Part shown: positions 9,601 to 16,403 of the stretch, piece after piece
Layout: each line of letters starts with the position of its first letter
Position numbering within the stretch: position 1 is the stretch's first letter
DNA from: Candidatus Hydrogenedentota bacterium
Lineage (GTDB): Bacteria > Hydrogenedentota > Hydrogenedentia > Hydrogenedentales > JAEUWI01
Assembly (NCBI GenBank): GCA_034669905.1
Contig: JAXMOL010000074.1
Coordinates: forward strand, 1 to 27,447
Length of the DNA stretch: 27,447 bases
Reading direction: 5' to 3'
Program-made: the position numbers and the translations under genes
Notes under the pieces: model-generated
Seen by the model: only the letters and a program-made list of their open reading frames with translations
What the model was told of the DNA's origin: nothing
Database searches by the model: none

Positions 9601-10367
9601 CCCGTGTGGCGATCAAAACAGGCGGGCACGGAGCGTCCGCCAGGGATAAGTAAGCGGTCGCCCACGGCCACGAGGGCTCCCTGGGGAGCAACACCGGCAA
9701 AGGCCGGGGAGTTGTGGGGCTGCAGCTGATACTCCATGCCCGTGCCGTCGTTAAACCAGACCATCTCGCCGGTTTCCGCGTCGAGGGCGTAGATGTAGAT
9801 ACCCATCATGGGCCAGATACTGGCGGCGAAATAGACCGTGCCATCCATCACCACGGGTGCACCCCGGGCGGGCCACACGGACACGAATCGCTTGTTGCCG
9901 ATGAGCTTGCGGTCGGAGGGCCCCCCCCGGAATTTCCATACCTGCTCGCCCGTGGCAATGTCGAGGCAATAGAGATAGCCATCGTCGCTGGAGAAATAGA
10001 CGTTGCCTTCCGCGGCGGCGGCCGGAAAGCGAATGGGGCCATCCACATAAAAGGCCCACTGTTGCATACCCGTCTCCGTGTCCAGCGCCACGAGTTTGTC
10101 GCTGTCATTGAAGGGCACCAGCATGGTTTTGCCCACGACAATCGGTTCGAAGACCTTGTCGTAGTGCATCATGTCCTGGTTGAGCGGGTCGTCCCACGCG
10201 AGGGTGCGGGGGCTGTATTGCACTTCCCATTGGAGGTTGAGCGATTCGGGAATACTCTCCGCACTGGCCGCACTGCGGTTGGCATCGTGGCGCCACATGG
10301 GCCAGTCGGCGGCGGGGGCCGCTGTCGCGAGGAGGAGGAGGGTGAGTAAGGGAATCAGGCGATGCAT
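6657..10367 (-). CDS. Large secreted PQQ-type (BamB-like) beta-propeller protein with a central methyltransferase-like fold and C-terminal malectin-like domain
   Basis: Signal peptide then ADWPMWRHDANRSA; repeated AL(D/N)xxTGxxxW blades; GYALYYNVGNGEL segment; second propeller from GAGTWTHQYGNIANT; C-terminal VRLFFAEP...GARTFDVSLQ...LSGIEV typical of malectin domains. Confidence 0.9.
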   Translation of the reverse strand: MHRLIPLLTLLLLATAAPAADWPMWRHDANRSAASAESIPESLNLQWEVQYSPRTLAWDDPLNQDMMHYDKVFEPIVVGKTMLVPFNDSDKLVALDTETGMQQWAFYVDGPIRFPAAAAEGNVYFSSDDGYLYCLDIATGEQVWKFRGGPSDRKLIGNKRFVSVWPARGAPVVMDGTVYFAASIWPMMGIYIYALDAETGEMVWFNDGTGMEYQLQPHNSPAFAGVAPQGALVAVGDRLLIPGGRSVPACFDRHTGKQLYYHFAKQNKTGGAFVAALGDDYFNHHREKVTSFYQISDGERVIPTLGNYPVLTEEAYYFSGDTITAYNPKELREFRDSYGEHVLWSLDVDASHDLIRAGDFLYAANDDGIAAIRLGDTPALAWKKHVDGGVERLLAADDKLFAVTLGGSIMAFGAKEGHPIQRMERPFPAEPDMATIEAATSILDQTGVRNGYALYYNVGNGELLEALAANSDLHIIGVVPDPVHLASLRARFDRNGLYGERVALLPGDLASLESPAYMAALTIIGEGSAPLNTRSLEALFQSVRPYGGVILPLGDVDKENLASLLDEEAFPGLALRETEDRVMLAREGALPGAGTWTHQYGNIANTTKSDDTIVKLPLGVLWFGGSSNMDVLPRHGHGPPQQVVGGRMFIQGMTTVSARDVYTGQVLWNRKLDDLNTYGIYFDETYKDAPTDTRYNQVHIPGANIRGTNYVATEDLVYVVQGGSCHLLDVATGETNKIIKLPPLDPEARRPKSPPWGFLGVYGDLLIGGYDFVAFSDLIGQKKSEYSAFTDYDIGASRELHIMDRHSGELLWKIESRHGFLHNGIAVGKDTLFCIDKLPAEIEGKLRRRGEPKPEDYRLLALNVKTGEVRWETEENVFGSFLAYSEERDKLIQSTRPSRDMVRGEDGKRMMAYNGVDGTIAWDVQRDYGTFPILHNDMIITMGQFASLDTGLPITRKNPLTGEDDTWSFSRHYGCNYPIASENLLTFRSAAAAFYDLTNEGGTGNLGGFKSSCTSNLIVADGVLNAPDYTRTCSCSYQNQTSLALVHMPEMEMWTFNTDGRGEGDVKRVGLNFGAPGDRVADSGTLWLDYPSVGGPSPEVEVTVNPESPASFRNHASRIEAGELPWVAASGLEDCRELTIRLSKAPVEGKTFTVRLFFAEPGVAAAGARTFDVSLQDTPVLSAFDIAGEGAGPWRTVVKEFHGIAVTELLKVTLSPAEGSLPPVLSGIEVIAEDAV

Positions 10368-10442
10368 GGGATACCTCTTCTATTTGCCGCAGTGTATTGG
10401 ATGGTGATTTTAATGGTGGAGGCTTTTTGAAATGCCTCGTTG

Positions 10443-10612
10443 AAAAGACCTAAAGGACTTAAACGACGTAAAGGACAAGGGCCTTAGAGGACTGAGAAAG
10501 CACTGAGCGAAGGCTAGCCAAAGGAACCTCTGGTCTTGGATCTTGGCTGCGCCGACGTTACGAGCAGCGCACATCTTTGTCGATTACGTCCTTTTTGTCC
10601 TTTATCTCCTTG
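10443..10612. repeat. Second inverted 9-nt-periodic (AAAGGAC)/(GTCCTTT) array
   Basis: xGAC at 10446, 10455, 10464, 10473; GTCx/CTCC at 10579, 10588, 10597, 10606. GACGTAAAGGACAAGG is complementary with few mismatches to CTTTGTCGATTACGTC. Confidence 0.7.
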
Positions 10613-10633
10613 TAACAATCAGGTCGTTGTGCT

Positions 10634-11578
10634 TTAGCGAATCCGCCCTTCGGGCGCACTCAACACAATCGAATTGGATACGTTATTACCAAAATCGTCG
10701 AAGCGGTCAAATTTCCAGACCAGTTTCTTGCTCTTGGGCTCCACTTCCACAAGAATCGGTTGGCCTTCACCGGCGTGACAATTGCCGATGATATAGTTCC
10801 CGTTGGGGAGGACCTCCAAGGTTGTGACCCAGGCGAAGGTCACGCCGGGTAAATCGTTCTGTTTCAAGTGCCAGACAATTTCTTTCTCTGGTGTGACTTC
10901 CAGCACACCGTGGCCATTACCCGTGCTCAACAGGGTGTTGCCGTTCGGCAGGCGTAGTGCGCAAAAGGTCTTGTCGCCCCAGGCATCGGGACCATGTCCG
11001 CCGGCGGGTTCTTTGTCGAAGAGGGGGACGTCGTATTCCCAGACCACGGTACCTTCGCCATCGTATTCGCGGACGAATCCGTCGCCCTCGTGGCAGACCA
11101 GGTAGTGGCCGTTGTCCAGCTTGCGCACGAGGCGCGTATCCATGTGGGGGTGGGGCCGGTCGAGCTTGAGCTTAATCTCTTTCAGGAGCTTGCCATCGCG
11201 GTCGATTTCGATGATGCGCCCGATGCCCGACTCGGCCAACATGAAGCGGTCTTCCGCCAGGGGTTGGAAGGCATGGACTTCCAGTTTCTTGCCTTCGTTG
11301 CCATTGCTGGCCTGGGCATCATAGGACCACACGACCTCCTTGGCGTTGGGGTCAATTTCGGCGATTTTCTGCATGCCCTGCTGCACCAGGATATTGCCGT
11401 TCTCCAGGACATGGATGTCGTGGATGCCGGCCCAGGGCATTTCCCATTCGATTTCGCCGTCGGACGCCACGACGACCAGTCGATCGCCACCTTGTAATAA
11501 GATTCGGTGCTCTGCAGATACCGAAACGGAGAGGAAAAGGCACAGGGCCACAACAATACCCGGAAATACTCGCATCAT
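10634..11578 (-). CDS. Secreted beta-propeller repeat protein of unknown function
   Basis: Signal peptide (VSA-E); repeated blades LxNGNxL/Y...xxExxxxxxVVW (LENGNILV, LDNGHYLV, LPNGNTLL, LPNGNYII). Confidence 0.85.
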   Translation of the reverse strand: MMRVFPGIVVALCLFLSVSVSAEHRILLQGGDRLVVVASDGEIEWEMPWAGIHDIHVLENGNILVQQGMQKIAEIDPNAKEVVWSYDAQASNGNEGKKLEVHAFQPLAEDRFMLAESGIGRIIEIDRDGKLLKEIKLKLDRPHPHMDTRLVRKLDNGHYLVCHEGDGFVREYDGEGTVVWEYDVPLFDKEPAGGHGPDAWGDKTFCALRLPNGNTLLSTGNGHGVLEVTPEKEIVWHLKQNDLPGVTFAWVTTLEVLPNGNYIIGNCHAGEGQPILVEVEPKSKKLVWKFDRFDDFGNNVSNSIVLSAPEGRIR

Positions 11579-11782
11579 TCACGCAGTCCTTTGGGTGGAA
11601 TGGGAAGGCGGACGTCGGGAAAAGATGCCCCAACGTTGATCGCCACACTGTCCTCTCGCGCCACACGGGGGAACCGGGTGATCCTAACGAAGGGCGGCGG
11701 GTGATGTCCAGTGGCTATTAAATAATATCGGAGTCGAAAAGGCTACAACGTAATGCCGGAGAAGGCCTATACGTAAACGGGT

Positions 11783-11839
11783 CGCTCTGGAGCGCGGCAG
11801 CTTGCTGCCGCTTTTTTCCGGGGAGCTTGCTCCCCACCC
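11783..11839 (+). repeat. REP-like double hairpin, copy 1 (GGAG foot; GCGGCAGC-TT-GCTGCCGC and GGGGAGC-TT-GCTCCCC)
   Basis: 54 of 57 nt identical to the reverse complement of 25049-25105 by manual alignment. Confidence 0.85.
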
Positions 11840-11929
11840 ACGCACGAACCGGGAATACCGGATCGCGCGGCACGTTCGTAGGGTTTAGTTCGTTTGTGCG
11901 GTGGGAGTTTTTGTTTGTACCCACCAATT

Positions 11930-12140
11930 GTCCAAGTTAAATCACCGGCTCTGCCGGTGAGAATTTATAAGGCCCTGCCGTTCCTGGGCTGGTTGCTGGC
12001 AATCATATACTGGGCGGTGTGTGCCATGTTCTTTTTAGTCCCTACGGGACTAAATGCTCTGGCTTCGTCCATGAGTTTGACAGATCGGCCCCTTTCAGGG
12101 GCCTCCCTCATACCCCCGGCTCTGCCGGTGGTTGCTAATT
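11930..12140 (+). mobile_element. Non-autonomous IS200/IS605-like element (PATE/MITE-type) lacking tnpA
   Basis: Left hairpin TCACCGGC-TCT-GCCGGTGA (11942-11960); right hairpins GGCCCCT-TTC-AGGGGCC (12087-12103) and ACCCCCGGC-TCT-GCCGGTGGT (12112-12132). This matches my recollection of IS200-group subterminal hairpins. The ends are only ~210 bp apart and their exact positions are approximate. Confidence 0.65.
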
Positions 12141-12151
12141 TCCCATGAAGC

Positions 12152-12192
12152 AAAGAAAAACCGCGTGTAACAGGCTGACCTGTCACACGCGG
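12152..12192 (-). terminator. Intrinsic terminator of deaD
   Basis: CCGCGTGT-A-ACAGG/CCTGT-C-ACACGCGG stem (12161-12192) followed on the minus strand by TTTTTCTTT; 10 nt after the stop. Confidence 0.85.
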
Positions 12193-12202
12193 CTGGGAAT
12201 GT

Positions 12203-14059
12203 CTATTCGCCGCCTTTGCGGTGTTTCTTCTTGGGCTTTTTCGGTGCCCTGAATTCGGGGCGCTTTTTGTCGTCCTTCTTCTTGAAGGGTTTGCCACCAG
12301 ACTTGAAGCCCTTTTTCTTAAAGCCCTTCTTTTTGAAGGAGCCGCCGTCGCTTTCGCCACCTTCGTCATCTTTGCGGATCCGCATGGGCTGTCCGGCTAC
12401 CCATACATCCTGCAGGAGCTGGAAGATTTCCTTGGGCATCTGGGGCAGGACCACCGTGCTGTGGTGTTCCTGGATGTCGATGGCACCAATGAACTTGCTC
12501 TCGAGACCGGCTTCGTTGGCGATGGCGCCCACGATGTTGCCGGGCTTTACGCCGTGCTTGTGGCCTACGGCCATGCGATAGCGCTCCATGCCTTCCGGCA
12601 GCGCCTCGGCATGACGGGGCGGGCGTTCTTTCTTGCCGCCCTTTCGTTCTGGCCGTTCGCGGGGTTCCCAGCTGGGCTCACCGGCATCACGCTTGCGCTT
12701 TTCGGCCTTCGGGCGGTCCTTCAGCAGGAGGGGCTCTTCGCCCTGCACCAGCTTGGCCAGGGCCGCGGCAATCTCGAGGGCCGGCACGTTGTGGTCGAGC
12801 AGATACTGCTCCACAATGTCTTCATAGAGTTTCAGGTCTTCATTGGCCAGCGTATCAGTAATCTTCTGCTTGAACTGGGCAATACGCTTGTCGTTGATGA
12901 CCTCCGTAGAGGGCATTTCCATGAGCGTTATTTTCTGACGGGTGGCCTTTTCAATCGCAAAGAGGAGGCGCTTTTCCCGGGGGGTGACGAAGAGAATGGC
13001 TTCACCCGTCCGTCCGGCGCGGCCCGTGCGGCCGATACGGTGAATGTAGGGTTCCGTGTCCGTGGGGATGTCGTAGTTGATGACGTGGGTGATACGCTGC
13101 ACGTCGAGGCCACGGGCGGCCACGTCGGTGGCGACCAGAATATCGAGGTCACCATTGCGAAGGCGGTTGACGGTGCGTTCGCGCTGGTTCTGGGCGATAT
13201 CCCCGTTGAGTGCGGAGGCGGCATAGCCCCGGGCATTCAGTTTTTCCACCAACTCGACGGTGGCGGTTTTCGTGCGGACGAAGATAATGACCGCGTCGAA
13301 ATCTTCCGCTTCCAGGATGCGGGTCAAGGCATCCATCTTGTGATGATGGCTTACCATCCAATAGCGCTGGTTGATCGTCTCGGCGGTGGAGGTGCGCACC
13401 TTGATGGCAATCACTTCCGGATTGCGCATATGGGCTTCGGCGATTTTCTGGACTTCCCGCGGCATGGTGGCGGAAAAGAGGGCAATCTGTCGGTCTGACG
13501 GCGTCTGCTCCAGGACCCACTTCACGTCGTCGATGAAACCCATGCGGAGCATTTCGTCGGCTTCATCGAGCACCAGGGTGGTGAGGCCTTCGAGGTTGAG
13601 GGTGCCACGGCGCATGTGGTCCATCACCCGGCCGGGGGTACCGACGACGACGTGGACGCCCCGCCGGAGTCCGCGTAACTGGCCATCATAGGAAGAGCCG
13701 CCGTAGATTGGGAGCACGTGTAGATTCTTGAGGTGGCTGGCGTATTTCTGGAAGGCTTCCGCTACCTGGATGGCGAGTTCCCGGGTGGGCACGAGGATGA
13801 GTGCCTGGGGCGTCGTTTGGGCCAGCTCTATCTGAGAGAGGATGGGCAGTGCGAAGGCGGCCGTTTTGCCGGTACCTGTCTGTGCCTGGCCCAGCACATC
13901 GGTGCCCCTCAGGAGGGGGGGGATGGTCTCGGCCTGAATGGGGGACGGCGTTTCGTAACCGATATCTTCCAGGGACTTGAGGATCGATTTGGGCAGGCCC
14001 AGATCGGAGAATCGAAGGGATTCGGTGGTATCGGCGGATTCAGTGATTTCTGTAGACAT
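12203..14059 (-). CDS. deaD: ATP-dependent DEAD-box RNA helicase DeaD/CsdA
   Basis: Q motif GYETPSPIQ, AQTGTGKT, PTRELA, TPGR, DEAD, SAT, ARGLD, HRIGRTGRAG; DbpA-type RNA-binding domain (GHKHGVKPGNIVGAIANE); Lys-rich tail. Start reassigned to MSTEITES (14059). Confidence 0.95.
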   Translation of the reverse strand: MSTEITESADTTESLRFSDLGLPKSILKSLEDIGYETPSPIQAETIPPLLRGTDVLGQAQTGTGKTAAFALPILSQIELAQTTPQALILVPTRELAIQVAEAFQKYASHLKNLHVLPIYGGSSYDGQLRGLRRGVHVVVGTPGRVMDHMRRGTLNLEGLTTLVLDEADEMLRMGFIDDVKWVLEQTPSDRQIALFSATMPREVQKIAEAHMRNPEVIAIKVRTSTAETINQRYWMVSHHHKMDALTRILEAEDFDAVIIFVRTKTATVELVEKLNARGYAASALNGDIAQNQRERTVNRLRNGDLDILVATDVAARGLDVQRITHVINYDIPTDTEPYIHRIGRTGRAGRTGEAILFVTPREKRLLFAIEKATRQKITLMEMPSTEVINDKRIAQFKQKITDTLANEDLKLYEDIVEQYLLDHNVPALEIAAALAKLVQGEEPLLLKDRPKAEKRKRDAGEPSWEPRERPERKGGKKERPPRHAEALPEGMERYRMAVGHKHGVKPGNIVGAIANEAGLESKFIGAIDIQEHHSTVVLPQMPKEIFQLLQDVWVAGQPMRIRKDDEGGESDGGSFKKKGFKKKGFKSGGKPFKKKDDKKRPEFRAPKKPKKKHRKGGE

Positions 14060-14262
14060 AGGGGTATCCTGTGCGTTTCGGGTGCCATAGGCGAAATTCG
14101 CCCGTCGCGATGGGTTAGGGTAAAACAAGGCGACGGCGGCCCAGCGGTATATTCCGGGTGAAAGGCACAGAAACTGTATTGACACAAGACGGGCTCAGAG
14201 GAGCTACAGAGAGGCGTGCCCAAGGTGAAGTTGGTTACACGAAGACCCGGGGGTACTCGGAG

Positions 14263-14306
14263 AGTATATCATAGTTGAACGGGGCACTGCGTCTTTTTGC
14301 TAGAAT
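14263..14306. promoter_or_regulatory. Back-to-back candidate extended -10 promoters: TGATATACT (minus, 14263-14271, deaD) and TGCTAGAAT (plus, 14298-14306, methyltransferase)
   Basis: Two TGnTAnnnT matches in the AT-richer part of the divergent intergenic region, each pointing at a gene. Confidence 0.5.
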
Positions 14307-14378
14307 TCGGAGTAAACCGGACGTTGTCCCACCGTGGCAGGGGGCTACCGTTCCACTCCGGAGCTTGAAAGTCACCCG

Positions 14379-15311
14379 ATGAACCCACTGTTTCCATTTA
14401 ACGGCACGGCGCACCTCGCGGAGTCGATGCTCTTGCCGGCCGAAGCCGCGTGCCCCCTCTGTGGCAGCACCGATCGATACGTAGCCCACCCTATCCAGAA
14501 CGCACCGGCGGTGACGTTGCTTACCTGCATCGGGTGTGGGGGGAGCAGTGTGTCGCGTATGCCGACCACGGAGGCGCTGGATTCCCTTTATGCCGGGTTT
14601 TACGCGGGGGATGCCCATCAGGAAAACGCCCCTCACGTGACCTTTGGCAATCTAAACCGATTTGGAGAACACCTGGCCCGTGCGTATGGTCCCGTCAGTC
14701 CGGGACGGCCCTTGCGCATCCTCGACTTTGGCGGGGGCGATGGCAGTATCGCGGTGAACGTGGCGGAAAAGCTCCGTGCCCGTGGCGCGGGGGATATCTT
14801 CGTGCAACTCGTGGACTACGGAGAAGACGGTGCCCCGAGTGCCGATGCACGAATCACGTTCCAACGGGCGAGCGATCTCGAAGCGGTAGACGGGATTCCC
14901 TTTGACTTCATCATCGCGAGCGGAGTGGTTGAACATGTACCCGACCCGCGGGGCGTCCTGGAGGCCCTCTTCACGCGATTGGCTCCCGGCGGCCGCTTCT
15001 ATGCGCGGACACCCTATGTGGCCCTCTACATGCGTCTGGTCGGCACGCGTGGTGCCGCCTGGTTTTTTCCCTATCCCGCCCACCTCCACGATATGGGGTC
15101 CCGGTGCTGGGAGAACCTCGTCCATCATGCCGGAGAAGGGCAGGACGTCTCCCTCATCACAGCGCGGCCCGCTATCGTCCAGGTCTCTTTCGCACAAGAC
15201 TGGAAAGTGGCCCTGCTGTCCCACCTTGCCAAAGCGCCGTGGTACGTCCTTGGGAACCGCTATCCCTTCGTCGGTGGTTGGGAAGTCGTGGTGCAAAAAG
15301 GTGGGGGCTGA
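14379..15311 (+). CDS. Class I SAM-dependent methyltransferase with N-terminal zinc ribbon
   Basis: CPLC...CIGC; ILDFGGGDG motif I; FDFIIASGVVEHVPDP; YPAHLH. Start probably ATG 14379 (the track uses GTG 14334). Confidence 0.88.
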   Translation: MNPLFPFNGTAHLAESMLLPAEAACPLCGSTDRYVAHPIQNAPAVTLLTCIGCGGSSVSRMPTTEALDSLYAGFYAGDAHQENAPHVTFGNLNRFGEHLARAYGPVSPGRPLRILDFGGGDGSIAVNVAEKLRARGAGDIFVQLVDYGEDGAPSADARITFQRASDLEAVDGIPFDFIIASGVVEHVPDPRGVLEALFTRLAPGGRFYARTPYVALYMRLVGTRGAAWFFPYPAHLHDMGSRCWENLVHHAGEGQDVSLITARPAIVQVSFAQDWKVALLSHLAKAPWYVLGNRYPFVGGWEVVVQKGGG

Positions 15312-15421
15312 CTTGAAAGAGAGGCCGGATGAACGTCGCCAGGACGGGATCTGCTTTGTTCGTCATCGCGTGGCACGAAAAGACGTGTGAGCGATATGCC
15401 TGTGGTACGCCGGCACCGGAT

Positions 15422-15458
15422 AAAAAACGACCCGGCAACGCATGGTTGGCCGGGTCGT
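15422..15458 (-). terminator. Intrinsic terminator of the DUF1080 gene
   Basis: ACGACCCGGC...GCCGGGTCGT stem with an adjacent A6 (U-tract on minus); lies between convergent genes. Confidence 0.8.
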
Positions 15459-15480
15459 GCTTGAAGTGTCGTCCGAGGTG

Positions 15481-16269
15481 CTACTGGGCGCTCAGGTCGC
15501 GGTAGTAAAGGTCTTTGGCTTCGGCAATCATGCCGGCATTGTGGCATTGGAGCGCGAAGTATCCCTTGGTGTATTCCTCGTCCTGGTAGGTCATGACCAG
15601 CTCGTCTTCCACCCAGATCTGGATCGTCTTACCCTGGGCTTTCACGCGCATGGAAAACCACTCGCCATCTTTGGTCAGGAGCTTGTTGGCCTTGCCGGTC
15701 GGCGCACCCGGTTTCCAGAGCCAGCCGGTGTGGGCATCCTGGGAGTGGCAAATCTGGGCTTCATAGCCCTTGGGATAACCGTCTACATTGTCCTCTGGCG
15801 GATTGGCCCGGAAATAAAGGCCACTGTTGGCGTCCCGATCGAGGGCAGTAATCTTGAACATGCCCTTTACCTCGAGGTCGGTCAACTCAGGGGCGAAATA
15901 AATGTGTCCCTGGCCATCGGGGGACTGTCCGGTAAGCACGCCGTCCTTCACTTCCCAGGTGGCGGCACCCCGTTGGGTCAGCCCCTCCAGGTTTTCGCCG
16001 TTGAAAAGGGGAAGCCATTCGATTTCGACAGGGGCCGCGTTGATAGTCGGTGCCGGGGGGGCGGCAGGGGCAGGGTTCGCTGCCGGTGTTGCTACCGGTG
16101 CGGAGGCCTCTGCAGGCGCTTCAGCCATTGGCTCAGGCGTTGCCGGGGTTTCCGCGGTGGGCTTGGCTTCGATTGGGTCGCCTTGGGTTCCATTTTCTTT
16201 TGTGGGGGCACATGCCGACAAGGCGAAGCCCGTCAGGCACAACACGGCCAGTATCTTCAGGTGTTTCAT
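15481..16269 (-). CDS. DUF1080 (3-keto-disaccharide hydrolase-like) lipoprotein
   Basis: Lipobox LSAC; Pro/Ala/Glu linker; WLPLFNGENLEG, WEVKDGVL, ANSGLYFR, GYEAQI, GYFALQCH. Confidence 0.92.
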   Translation of the reverse strand: MKHLKILAVLCLTGFALSACAPTKENGTQGDPIEAKPTAETPATPEPMAEAPAEASAPVATPAANPAPAAPPAPTINAAPVEIEWLPLFNGENLEGLTQRGAATWEVKDGVLTGQSPDGQGHIYFAPELTDLEVKGMFKITALDRDANSGLYFRANPPEDNVDGYPKGYEAQICHSQDAHTGWLWKPGAPTGKANKLLTKDGEWFSMRVKAQGKTIQIWVEDELVMTYQDEEYTKGYFALQCHNAGMIAEAKDLYYRDLSAQ

Positions 16270-16403
16270 GGTTTTCTCTCCAGTGCTCTCCGCGCTTCGG
16301 GATAAATCTTAAGCGACTGCACGGTGCAGTTCGCAGGCGCTCCCCGCGGTATCAATGGGCCAGTGTACCTGCTCAGGAACACGAGGGACAAGCCCCGAAA
16401 CGG

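Noticed and set aside
775..9653. Long + strand ORFs (775-1881, 2762-3712, 4114-5223, 5643-6647, 6762-8507, 8571-9653) and similar antisense ORFs elsewhere
   Set aside because: Antisense shadows of well-supported genes, expected with GC-rich codon usage; no family motifs.
11894..12369. Small ORFs 11894-12148 (+) and 11965-12369 (-) as transposase remnants
   Set aside because: No HUH or catalytic Tyr motif; they cross hairpins, the terminator and the deaD end.
14179..14184. Perfect TTGACA
   Set aside because: No acceptable -10 at 16-18 nt spacing.
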